Origin: a bacterium
GTDB taxonomy: Bacteria; JAJRZV01
Length of the DNA: 56,322 bases
NCBI GenBank assembly: GCA_024275095.1
Contig: JAJRZV010000074.1
Span: 1 to 56,322 of the forward strand
Reading direction: 5' to 3'
Shown here: positions 1 to 8,572 of the stretch, in pieces
How positions within the stretch are numbered: the stretch's first letter is position 1
How the letters are laid out: every line of letters begins with the position of its first letter
Translations under genes and position numbers: made by a program
The notes under the pieces: generated by a model
What the model saw: only the letters and a program-made list of their open reading frames with translations
Told to the model about the DNA's origin: nothing
Databases searched by the model: none

Positions 1-26
1 AGGATCCAAAACGGTTAACACATTCT

Positions 27-722
27 TTAAAGCAACTCTATCTTCTCTTTCAACTCCGCAATGGTATCAACCACGGTGCCGAGCAGATTTTTAATCTCTG
101 CTTTTAGCTCCTGGTAGCGGTTGCATCTCTCCTCAAGTGCTTCGAGCTCTCTTTCGCGTTCCTCCAGTTTGTGCTTCGTTTCTTTGAGATCGCTTTCCAG
201 GGCTCGTACTTTTTCCAAGAGTTCATCAATGCGATTTTCCAGGGAGGTGCGCAGGTCCTCGTAATCCTTCACGGTCCGCTCCAGTTCCGCCTTTTCACTG
301 AGCACCTGTTCGAATTGTTCCTGGAGCTTGAGAAATTCCTCTTCCGAGATTTTAAACCCGATGAGATTTTCGACCTTTTTCAAAAGCTGATCATCACTGT
401 AGGGCTTGTGCAGATAATCGTCAGCCCGAACCTTCAGGCGGCGATGCTTGTCAAAGTCTTCCCTGGTGGCCAGCTCGGACGTGAGTATTAAAGGGATACC
501 TGCCGTCTTTTCTTCCGTGCGAAAACGCTTGCACAGGGCATAACCGTTTACATCCGGAAGTTCCACGTTGAGGATCACCAGGTCGTATTCGTTCTTCCTC
601 GCAAGGCGAAAACCGGCCTCGCCCTCTGACTGAGTGTCAACGATGTACCCTGCGTTTTCGAGCACGCCCCTGACCATATCCTGATAATCGGCATCGGCGT
701 CAATGAGCAATACTTTCTTCAT
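27..722 (-). CDS. Atypical (pseudo) response-regulator receiver domain + coiled coil, FrzS/AglZ-like
   Basis: REC fold (KKVLLID...DLVILNVELPDVNGYALC...ADDYLHKP) with Asn at the phospho-Asp position; C-terminal heptad-rich coiled coil. Confidence 0.8.
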   Translation of the reverse strand: MKKVLLIDADADYQDMVRGVLENAGYIVDTQSEGEAGFRLARKNEYDLVILNVELPDVNGYALCKRFRTEEKTAGIPLILTSELATREDFDKHRRLKVRADDYLHKPYSDDQLLKKVENLIGFKISEEEFLKLQEQFEQVLSEKAELERTVKDYEDLRTSLENRIDELLEKVRALESDLKETKHKLEERERELEALEERCNRYQELKAEIKNLLGTVVDTIAELKEKIELL

Positions 723-731
723 TGTTCCACC

Positions 732-3143
732 TCAATTTACCCCGAGGTGTTCTTTAAAAACCTTCACGGCCTCAAGGGCATCAGCAGCGTACATGCTTGC
801 ACCGATCTCCCTGGCAAACTCGGGGGTCACGCACGCTCCACCCACAGCCACGGGAATATCAAGTCCCTTTTTTCTCAATTCCTCGATCACCTTTTTCATT
901 GCCCCCATTGTTGTTGTCATCAGTGCACTCAGTGCCACGGCATCGGGCCGCTCGCGTTCCACGGCCCGGACAATTTCTTCCGTCTTCACGTTTTTTCCAA
1001 GGTCCACAACGTCAAAGCCGTTGGCCTCCAGGAGCGTGATAACGATGTTCTTGCCAATGTCGTGAACATCGCCTTCCACCGTGGCGAAGACAATCTTCCT
1101 GCCTGCTTTCCTTCGCGACCTTTTCAACGCAGGCCTGAGCACTTCAAACGCAGCCTTTACCGCCTCTGCAGATTGCATTACCTGGGGAAGGAAAAATTCC
1201 TGGGCAGCGAACTTTTTACCCACCACCGCCAGTGCGGATACAAGGTGTTCATTTCCTATGACCAGCGGGTCCACTCCCCCCTCGAGCATGTCCCTTGTCA
1301 GCTGAACCGCGGCCTCCTTCTCGCCCTGGATAACCGCCTGCTTGAGCCTTTCTTCAAGGGAAAGTTCTTCTGCTGGCGTTTCCACGGGAGTTGCACTGGA
1401 ACCTTCCTTTCCCGCCATTCGTTCAATATATGCTTTCGCACCCCTATCCTTCCCCGTGAGAAGCTGAACAGCCGATAATGTATCCATAATGTCTTTATCC
1501 AGGGGGTTGAGTATCACCGCGTCAACACCCTCCCACCCGGCCATGGCAAGAAAAGCTGCATTGATCACACGGCGTGCAGGAAGGCCGAAAGACACATTGC
1601 TGAGCCCCATGATCGTGTAGAGGCTTTTCTGTTTATAACCTCTCAGTGTCTTGAGTGTTTCTGCAGGAGCAGCAGCGTCACTGCTTACCGTGAGCACAAT
1701 TGGGTCAAAAAACATTTCCGAGAGGGGAAAGTTAAGCCCCCGGGCCTTTTCCACGGCCCATTCTGCAAGTTTTAACCTCTCCCCAGCTTTCCTGGGAACA
1801 CCGGCTCCACTGAGTGGCAGCACCACAACGGCGGCCCCGTAGAGCTTCGCCAGTTCTATAATCTGAATAAACTTCTCTTCTTCACACGTAGTGGAATTCA
1901 AAAGGGGCTTGCCGTCCACGCTTTTTACACCCGCCTCAAGGCCTTTTACGCTGGAGGAGTCCAGGCTTAACGGCAAAGGACTCGTCACGTTAACCGCGTG
2001 GACAACTTTCTTCATCAGCTGAACCTCGTCGGCACCCGGAATTGAAACGTTTACATCCAGAACATGGGCTCCGGCCTCCGTTTGCTTCCTTGCCTCTTCC
2101 CTGACAACAGAAATGTCACCGGCCCGAAGAGCCTCTATCAGGTGTTTTTTACCCGTGGGATTGAGCCTCTCTCCTATGAGCATGAGTTTTTTTCCATATT
2201 CACGAATATTTGTACGGGAAGAGAGTGCATGAAGATACCGGAGCCGCTGTGCCCTGTCTTCCAGGTTGTAAACCAAACTGTCAGCTGCGCTGCGCAGGGC
2301 TTTTACGTGTTCGGGGGTAGTTCCGCAGCATCCGGCAATAACACGTGCACCGGCAACGACGGCCTGTTCCACGTATGAAGAAAGTTCACGGGGCTCAGCC
2401 GGGTAAACCGTGACCCCATTTTTTACCACGGGAAGTCCGGCATTGGGCTGGAAAATAAGGGGTTTACTTGTATAGGGGGCCATCCGGATCAGCGCTTCAA
2501 GTATGCCGTCTGGTCCCAGGCTGCAATTTGCTCCTATTACGTCTACAGGCAGCGCGTTGAGAAGCACCCCGGCCGCTTCAGGCGTTGTTCCCAGCACGGT
2601 CCTCATGTCCTCCTGGAACGTCATCATGGCAAAGACAGGAATGTCACGCGAAAGCTGCCTGATCGCTACCACGGCTGCCCTCAGCTCCTTTACGTCCATC
2701 ATGGTTTCAATATTGAAAAGATCCACGCCTTCGTTAAGAAATATTTCCGCAACCTCTGTGAATATCTCCACGGCATCGTCAAACGAGAGGTCTCCCACCG
2801 GTTCGACAAACAGGCCTGTCGGTCCCATGCTGCCGGCCACAAGAGCCCGGCCGCGCGCTGCTTTTTTCGCTTCCCTTACAGCAGCGGAAATAATCTCCGC
2901 CAGCTGGTTTTCGAGCTTGAACTCGGCAAGCTTGATTCTGTTGGCCCCAAAGGTATTGGTTTCAATGATATCAGACCCTGCGCTGACGTATCCTTCGTGA
3001 ATCTCTCTGATTACGTCGGGATGTTTTACGTTTACAAGCTCAGGGGGACTGCCCGGAGATAAAACCCCCCGGGCCTGGAGAAGAGTGCCCATGGCACCGT
3101 CGAAGACAAGCACACGTTCCTGCAGCGCCTCTCTCACGTTCAT
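732..3143 (-). CDS. metH: Cobalamin-dependent methionine synthase (Hcy-binding, pterin-binding, cap and B12-binding domains; no AdoMet activation domain)
   Basis: DGAMGT, NCSLGP and GCCGT Zn ligands, IGERLNPTG, DVHDIG B12 motif; start moved to ATG 3143 behind AAGGAG. Confidence 0.9.
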   Translation of the reverse strand: MNVREALQERVLVFDGAMGTLLQARGVLSPGSPPELVNVKHPDVIREIHEGYVSAGSDIIETNTFGANRIKLAEFKLENQLAEIISAAVREAKKAARGRALVAGSMGPTGLFVEPVGDLSFDDAVEIFTEVAEIFLNEGVDLFNIETMMDVKELRAAVVAIRQLSRDIPVFAMMTFQEDMRTVLGTTPEAAGVLLNALPVDVIGANCSLGPDGILEALIRMAPYTSKPLIFQPNAGLPVVKNGVTVYPAEPRELSSYVEQAVVAGARVIAGCCGTTPEHVKALRSAADSLVYNLEDRAQRLRYLHALSSRTNIREYGKKLMLIGERLNPTGKKHLIEALRAGDISVVREEARKQTEAGAHVLDVNVSIPGADEVQLMKKVVHAVNVTSPLPLSLDSSSVKGLEAGVKSVDGKPLLNSTTCEEEKFIQIIELAKLYGAAVVVLPLSGAGVPRKAGERLKLAEWAVEKARGLNFPLSEMFFDPIVLTVSSDAAAPAETLKTLRGYKQKSLYTIMGLSNVSFGLPARRVINAAFLAMAGWEGVDAVILNPLDKDIMDTLSAVQLLTGKDRGAKAYIERMAGKEGSSATPVETPAEELSLEERLKQAVIQGEKEAAVQLTRDMLEGGVDPLVIGNEHLVSALAVVGKKFAAQEFFLPQVMQSAEAVKAAFEVLRPALKRSRRKAGRKIVFATVEGDVHDIGKNIVITLLEANGFDVVDLGKNVKTEEIVRAVERERPDAVALSALMTTTMGAMKKVIEELRKKGLDIPVAVGGACVTPEFAREIGASMYAADALEAVKVFKEHLGVN

Positions 3144-3208
3144 GATCACAGCACTCCTTCTTAAATAAACGAAAAAAATCGAAAAAGATATTAACACAAA
3201 ATAGCATT

Positions 3209-3345
3209 ACTTTATATTCCCCGCCCGCCCTATCCCTGAATCTTCTGGCGCGCAATCAGCACGCGCGCCTGACTTTATATTCCCCACCCGCCTGAGCGTC
3301 GTGGCGAGCAGTGGGCACACGAGCCGAACTTCACATTTCCCATTT
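3209..3345. repeat. Cluster of three degenerate direct repeats (ACTTTATATTCCCC(A/G)CCCGCC family)
   Basis: Copies at ~3209, ~3272 and ~3328 (degenerate); same family at 37454-37622 and inverted at ~15708. Confidence 0.7.
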
Positions 3346-3415
3346 CTCTAAGCCCTGCATTCCGACGTGCAACTGATACACCCGTTAAGAAAAGAAACAC
3401 AGGTCAGACTCTCAA

Positions 3416-3445
3416 TTGACAAGTTTTCAACGAGATAGTAAAAAT
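3416..3445 (+). promoter_or_regulatory. Putative sigma70 promoter for tRNA-Val/tRNA-Arg
   Basis: TTGACA at 3416-3421, 17-nt spacer, imperfect -10 TAAAAA(T), just upstream of the tRNA. Confidence 0.5.
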
Positions 3446-3457
3446 AAATTTACACGC

Positions 3458-3529
3458 AGGCACGTAGCTCAGGGGGAGAGCGCTACCTTGACATGGTAGA
3501 GGTCGGCGGTTCGAAACCGCCCGTGCCTA
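3458..3529 (+). tRNA. tRNA-Val(GAC)
   Basis: AGGCACG/CGTGCCT acceptor, GCTC/GAGC D-stem, CTACC-TTGACAT-GGTAG anticodon arm, GGCGG-TTCGAAA-CCGCC T-arm; CCA not encoded. Confidence 0.97.
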
Positions 3530-3542
3530 CAAATGTTTCCAT

Positions 3543-3692
3543 GGACGCAGGCGTGATGGTAAACACGGCGTTTTTCATACAGACACACGCAGGTTTCGAA
3601 CCGCCGACTGGCGTGAGCCACGATGCAGAGCGAGGGAGCCATAATGCGACCGAGCGAGAATACCAGGGGCGGAACAATCGCCCCTTCACGAT
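3543..3692 (+). repeat. tRNA-linked structured element (tRIP-like), copy 1
   Basis: CAGGCGTGA, then a 17-nt exact reverse complement of the tRNA-Val T-arm region (3592-3608 vs 3502-3518), TGGC-GTGA-GCCA hairpin, GAGCGAG, TTCACG. Confidence 0.7.
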
Positions 3693-3757
3693 CCACATGC
3701 ACATCCACCCAAGCACAGCTCCTGCTGCACCAGCAGGGCCCGGTTTTAAAAACCCAG

Positions 3758-3831
3758 GCGCCCGTAGCTCAACAGGACAGAGCGGCGGGCTTCGGACCCG
3801 CAGGTTGCCCGTTCGACTCGGGTCGGGCGCT
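3758..3831 (+). tRNA. tRNA-Arg(TCG)
   Basis: GCGCCCG/CGGGCGC acceptor, D-loop with A20, GCGGG-CTTCGGA-CCCGC anticodon arm, GCCCG-TTCGACT-CGGGT T-arm; followed directly by a T-run, no CCA. Confidence 0.9.
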
Positions 3832-3928
3832 TTTTTCGGTACGTGTTGATGGGTCTGTTCCAGACTGGTATTCTTTCCCGGGCAGACTGTGATGAGGGAG
3901 TCGCCACTGAATATACCCTGAGAAAGAA

Positions 3929-5062
3929 ATGAACAATCTCTTAAATACACTCGATTCAAAACTTGTAAAAAAAATTGAAGATATAAAAATCCCTTCCCTT
4001 TTGCTTGTTGTATTCCTTTTTATTATTTCGTTCTTGAGAATGTATTTTGAAGCGGTATTCATATGCGAACGATGTAATGGGATACTACCAATGGTGGTGT
4101 ATTCTCACGGAATTGCCATGTTCTTTTTCGCATATATCAGCGGAAACGTTGTTATTAAATACCTGACACACTATGATTGGTACAAGATACTCAAAATTTC
4201 CTTCATTGGTTTTTTAATTACGCTGTTACCACCGGTGATGGATGGTGTAGTCTTTGGAAGAACCACTATATATAAATACGCTAACTTTTTTTATACCCCC
4301 GAAGGTCAAAAAATGTTTTATTCTGTAAAGGACCTGTTATTCAATTTCAGCAACGATTTTGTTGGAGGGCCTGCTCTTAGAATGGAGTTCTGGTTTATCA
4401 CTTTTCTTGCTTCATTTTATGTGTTGCTGAAATCGAAGAAAATGATCCGGTGGCTGCTGGCATTTGCATTGATCATGTGTATTTTTATTTTCGTGGCATA
4501 CCAGCAATTATTATGGCATATACTAACCCATGAATTTGAGCAATGGCTGGCTTTTTTACAACAGAGACGTCTTTTCACGGTAGATAAGTTTCTTACATTT
4601 TTATGGTCTTTCTACTCTATTATCCTGCTGGTGTTGTTCTTTTTTTCAGAATTCAAAGCTTCTTTCTTTCAAAGAAAGCTATATTCTACCGTGATACTGT
4701 GCCTCGTGGGCATAACCTTTTTATCGCTTTTATTTTACAACCCATCTGTTGTGGAAATGTTTCTATACCATTTAAAATTCATGGCTGCTGCTCTTGCAAT
4801 CTCTCTGATGATCCTAATTAACGTTCCCAGCAAAGAATATCGCTTTATATCAGGTTTCCTCTTTTTACTGGCATGTCTTCAATTACCGGCTCTTTCCCCG
4901 GTCATGTTTTTTATTTTGTTGTTGATGTTACTTTGCGTTGGTATTGTTTACATCTTACAGTTAACAACACCTTTTGCTATCGTGAAAATTACCCTTCCGG
5001 CTGTGCTTATTTTCTGGGGAGTAGAAAACAGTTACTTTTTATATTTTGCGATTACACATTAA
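3929..5062 (+). CDS. Multi-pass membrane protein of unknown function (AT-rich)
   Basis: 377-aa ORF with many hydrophobic segments; visibly more AT-rich than its neighbours. Confidence 0.7.
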   Translation: MNNLLNTLDSKLVKKIEDIKIPSLLLVVFLFIISFLRMYFEAVFICERCNGILPMVVYSHGIAMFFFAYISGNVVIKYLTHYDWYKILKISFIGFLITLLPPVMDGVVFGRTTIYKYANFFYTPEGQKMFYSVKDLLFNFSNDFVGGPALRMEFWFITFLASFYVLLKSKKMIRWLLAFALIMCIFIFVAYQQLLWHILTHEFEQWLAFLQQRRLFTVDKFLTFLWSFYSIILLVLFFFSEFKASFFQRKLYSTVILCLVGITFLSLLFYNPSVVEMFLYHLKFMAAALAISLMILINVPSKEYRFISGFLFLLACLQLPALSPVMFFILLLMLLCVGIVYILQLTTPFAIVKITLPAVLIFWGVENSYFLYFAITH

Positions 5063-5128
5063 GTTTAAATCCTGAATGGTTATTTCGCATGTATTGGAAG
5101 ATAGCTCTACCATTTAGATAATTTTTCT

Positions 5129-5142
5129 ACCGAACGGTCGGT
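5129..5142. promoter_or_regulatory. Palindromic operator, PaaR/TetR-type (ACCG-N2-CG-N2-CGGT)
   Basis: ACCGAACGGTCGGT upstream of an acyl-CoA catabolic operon. Confidence 0.5.
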
Positions 5143-5359
5143 CAAGAAATGTTCTTTTTGTGTATATTTCTTGAACCCTTACCCGCCTCAGAACATACTA
5201 AACTTTTCAACGTTCTGAAATTTCATCGGGTGTTCACCGTCAGCGTATTATAAGCAATTGATTTTCCATACCTTTTGAGACTTCGAAAAATACTCCACGA
5301 ATATGAGCTCATCCATCCACATATCAATATTGAAAGGGCTGGCCAATCCTTTATGATTT

Positions 5360-6451
5360 TTGCTCGTGAAACTGGTCAACATACTTGGGGCCGGGCTTGC
5401 TGGACTGACTGCCTCCATTATTTTACGACGTAAGGGTTACAAAGTCGTTGTCCACGAACGCGAGAAAGAAATCGGGTCTTATTCCAATTTTCATCCATCC
5501 CTTCACGTAACACCTTTCGACCACGAAGCAGTAGAAGAGCTAACAGGTATCAGTTTTAAATCTGTTATCAAACCCATGAAAGAGGTGAAATATTTTTTCG
5601 AAAACCGTGCTTACGAAGCTAACGCGCCTGCTTTATACGGCGTGGAACGCTCCTCGAGACCGACTTCGGTAGATACCTTTCTGTTCAAACTCGCTGTGGC
5701 TGAAGGTGTCGAGTTTGAAATGGAAAAAGGAGATGTAAATCCGGATGAACTTCCTGATGGTTCCATTATTGCCACAGGGCTCAACCCTCTAACATTTGAA
5801 AAAATGGGATTGCCCTCCCGGCCGGTATGGGGATATGCCTTCAGGGAGGAAGTAAAAAACGATCCCCATGACGGAAAGGCTTACTGCTGGTTCTGCCATT
5901 ACGCGGATGATTACGGATACGGAGCATCCATTAACGGACTGCGTTACTTTCTGCTCTTCTCAACATTTCGCAAAATTTCTGAGGCTCAGCTTCACTCATT
6001 TCGGCAGGATTTAAAAACTCGTCTGGACATTGAGTTCGCCGAACCCATTCCCACCGCGGGAGCCGTGCCCATCGGTTCATTTACCAACCCGAGGCTGTTT
6101 CACAGGGGAAAAATCCTGGCAGGTACCATTTCAGGAACCATGGAGCCAGCACTTCTATTCGGTATTCACGGAGCCATCGTATCTGGAGCGATCGCTGCGA
6201 AAGCAGTGGAAGAACCGGGAAAAGCCCGGAAACTTTTTAAACGCATCAACCGGTACTTCCGGCGGCTTTACCTGAGCAGGCGCTGTGCAGAACTTCTGCC
6301 GCTAAAAGTAAGACACGTGATGCTGGAGACTGCCACCCGATATCCGCGTCTGCATTATTTCTACATAGCACTAATGGGCCATGGCATCCCGGGCTACCGT
6401 GGCAACTGGATATGGAAAGTACTTTTAAAGGAGGAAAGGAGCCATGCCTGA
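5360..6451 (+). CDS. FAD/NAD(P)-dependent oxidoreductase (geranylgeranyl-reductase-like flavoprotein)
   Basis: N-terminal GAGLAG dinucleotide-binding motif, IIATG, C-terminal AGTISG...FGIHGA. Confidence 0.75.
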   Translation: MLVKLVNILGAGLAGLTASIILRRKGYKVVVHEREKEIGSYSNFHPSLHVTPFDHEAVEELTGISFKSVIKPMKEVKYFFENRAYEANAPALYGVERSSRPTSVDTFLFKLAVAEGVEFEMEKGDVNPDELPDGSIIATGLNPLTFEKMGLPSRPVWGYAFREEVKNDPHDGKAYCWFCHYADDYGYGASINGLRYFLLFSTFRKISEAQLHSFRQDLKTRLDIEFAEPIPTAGAVPIGSFTNPRLFHRGKILAGTISGTMEPALLFGIHGAIVSGAIAAKAVEEPGKARKLFKRINRYFRRLYLSRRCAELLPLKVRHVMLETATRYPRLHYFYIALMGHGIPGYRGNWIWKVLLKEERSHA

Positions 6452-7244
6452 AATCTACATTAACGACTGGCCGCCCTTTTCACCTCCTGACATGAACAGG
6501 AGGGAAGGAGTAGTGGAAGCTGCAAAGCTCATGATTAATGCAGCCATGACAGCTCCCAACGCAGGAGGCGTACCTCAAATTGAAGCCCACCTTGTGTACG
6601 GGATGGACGAACAGGAAAAAATCGCCCGCACCATGGAGGAGATGGGATGGGAGGTAAGGGAGAACGTACATCTGTCGCGCATGTTCAAGTACGAAGCCCA
6701 GATGGTTCGTGAGTCAGATGCGGTGATTTTTCTGGGCAACTTTCGCGCAGCAGAAACCCCCATGGATGCAGGTTGTGGCGGATGCGGAGGCGTCGAAGAC
6801 TGCTCTTTTGTGTATGAGCGCCGTGAAAATGTGTACGGGCTTATTGACTGGACACACCGCAGAACTGACATCTATTGCGATGGGCCTCTGTGCACGGTGC
6901 GCGTGGATGATTTCGGCTATGCCGTGGGAAGTGCCCTGTGGATGGCCAACAGGTTACTGGTAGATGCGCGGGCCTATTTCACAGTGGGAGCTGCAGGAAG
7001 ACGTCTTGGGTACTGTCCCAACTCGCCCATGGTCGTGGGGGTGCTGGTAGCCGCACTTGCAAAAAATCCATATGTGGATGTGAATACAGATTATCACGTG
7101 GTCAATCTATCAAAACTTCTGGATTCCGTTCGCAAAACATATATTCTCATGCGTCAAACAGGCGGAGATTACAGGCGCTCCGACCCCGGAACAGAACGTG
7201 AACGTGAAATGAGAAAAAAGAAAAAAGACACTGAAAAGGAGTAA
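6444..7244 (+). CDS. DUF2148 ferredoxin-domain-containing protein (paralog A)
   Basis: AAMTAP, CGGCG...C...GPLC...DFGYAVGSA Cys pattern. Confidence 0.8.
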   Translation: MPEIYINDWPPFSPPDMNRREGVVEAAKLMINAAMTAPNAGGVPQIEAHLVYGMDEQEKIARTMEEMGWEVRENVHLSRMFKYEAQMVRESDAVIFLGNFRAAETPMDAGCGGCGGVEDCSFVYERRENVYGLIDWTHRRTDIYCDGPLCTVRVDDFGYAVGSALWMANRLLVDARAYFTVGAAGRRLGYCPNSPMVVGVLVAALAKNPYVDVNTDYHVVNLSKLLDSVRKTYILMRQTGGDYRRSDPGTEREREMRKKKKDTEKE

Positions 7245-7247
7245 GCC

Positions 7248-8090
7248 ATGAGCGTGTACGATGGTAATAAATTGGCCCGGGAGGCTCTTTTAGACGTGGC
7301 CAAACTGTGCGCAGCCGCAGCCCTCAAGGCTCCTCAAATCACCGGTAAAACGGAAATTAAAACATTGATTATCACCGGTGAAGACCTGGAACCCATCATC
7401 GAAGCACTGATGGTCCTCGGACGCCTGGAAATGTTCAACATGCTTTCCTATCTGTGCTGGAAAAACCTCTATGACCAGGGGCGCCCTCCTGTGTTGCTTT
7501 TAATTGGCACAAAGGTGAGGGCTTCTGATCTTAACTACAACTGCGGCGGCTGCGGTTTTCTCACCTGTGCTGAATTCAACCGGTATACAAAAACAGTGGA
7601 ACCCAATCCACGACTTATGATCCGCGGCCCTGCCTGCCAGTGGAAAATCATGGATTTCGCCATTGCATGTGACTGGGCAGCTGCTGCAGCATGGCAGTAC
7701 AACATCACCAACCGCGTGGAGATTGCAACAGGTATGGCCGCATCCGCGCTCGGGTACCTTCCTGATTGCGACGTCGTAATGGGACTTCCGGTGGGACCCA
7801 ACGAAGACCTTTACTGGTACTCACGTGATGTTCTTACCTACATGCTCCCCCACGAGATGTGGCACGAACGAACAATCAAGGACTTCCCCACCCTCTTCGC
7901 AACCTTCCCGGGCAACGGGAGACAGGAGCTGAAACTAACGGAAAAGTGGTGGAAGCAACCCTATGTGAGGTCCTATCAGGCAAAATCTTTTGAAGAAATG
8001 GAACAGTTAAGAGAAGGTATAGACAAAGACCTTGCGGAACTTCGCGAAAAGTGGAAGGAAAGAATACAAAAACTTAATAACAATAATTAA
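7248..8090 (+). CDS. DUF2148 ferredoxin-domain-containing protein (paralog B)
   Basis: AALKAP, NCGGCGFLTC...GPAC...DFAIA Cys pattern. Confidence 0.8.
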   Translation: MSVYDGNKLAREALLDVAKLCAAAALKAPQITGKTEIKTLIITGEDLEPIIEALMVLGRLEMFNMLSYLCWKNLYDQGRPPVLLLIGTKVRASDLNYNCGGCGFLTCAEFNRYTKTVEPNPRLMIRGPACQWKIMDFAIACDWAAAAAWQYNITNRVEIATGMAASALGYLPDCDVVMGLPVGPNEDLYWYSRDVLTYMLPHEMWHERTIKDFPTLFATFPGNGRQELKLTEKWWKQPYVRSYQAKSFEEMEQLREGIDKDLAELREKWKERIQKLNNNN

Positions 8091-8115
8091 TAACAAATAA
8101 AAAGGAGGTGCAACC

Positions 8116-8529
8116 ATGGCTTTGTTTCCATCAGAAGAGTGGTTCAGAGAAATGGAAAAGATCCTGGCCAGCGACGAGGAATATAAAAAGGCGGGAGCCG
8201 AATGGGATGATGACGTCATTATGGTGATAGAGAAGGAACCCGGAAAATTGGAAGAGGACTTTATCTGGTACTCCAAGTCCAAAGGCGGTGAAATACTGGA
8301 GTCCGGTCCCCTGAAAAGTATTGATGAAAAAAATGCAGCGTATGTAATCTCCGGCCCTTACTCAGCCTGGAAAGCTATTGTGACCAGAGAAATGGATGCC
8401 ATGCAGGCCATGCTCCGTGGCAAAATACGGGTAAAAGGCGATATGCAGAAGCTCCTCAGGTTCACAAAATACCAGCAACTTGGAATGAAGGCTCTACAGC
8501 AGGTAGAGACCTCTTTCCCTGACGAATAG
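8116..8529 (+). CDS. SCP2 sterol/lipid-binding domain protein
   Basis: FPSEEW start and ...YSAWKAIV...DAMQAMLRGKIRVKGD signature; AGGAGG RBS. Confidence 0.85.
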   Translation: MALFPSEEWFREMEKILASDEEYKKAGAEWDDDVIMVIEKEPGKLEEDFIWYSKSKGGEILESGPLKSIDEKNAAYVISGPYSAWKAIVTREMDAMQAMLRGKIRVKGDMQKLLRFTKYQQLGMKALQQVETSFPDE

Positions 8530-8572
8530 AGGAAAACTTTTGTAAACAATAAAACAAGCGAGGTGAAAACAC

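Noticed and set aside
747..3000. Long antisense ORFs opposite metH (and similar ones opposite gyrA, the thiolases and the acyl-CoA dehydrogenase)
   Set aside because: Shadow frames of well-supported genes
3209..3345. CRISPR array interpretation of the ~60-nt-spaced repeats (also 37454-37622)
   Set aside because: Only three degenerate units, irregular spacing, 'spacers' share sequence, no cas genes
3543..3610. Possible third tRNA between Val and Arg (CGTG-ATGGTAAA-CACG D-arm-like hairpin, TTCGAA)
   Set aside because: No consistent acceptor or anticodon stem; the TTCGAA is the antisense copy of the tRNA-Val T-arm
3469..3959. ORFs 3469-3708, 3483-3959, 3493-3849 and 3623-3892
   Set aside because: They overlap tRNA genes and structured repeats; no protein motifs
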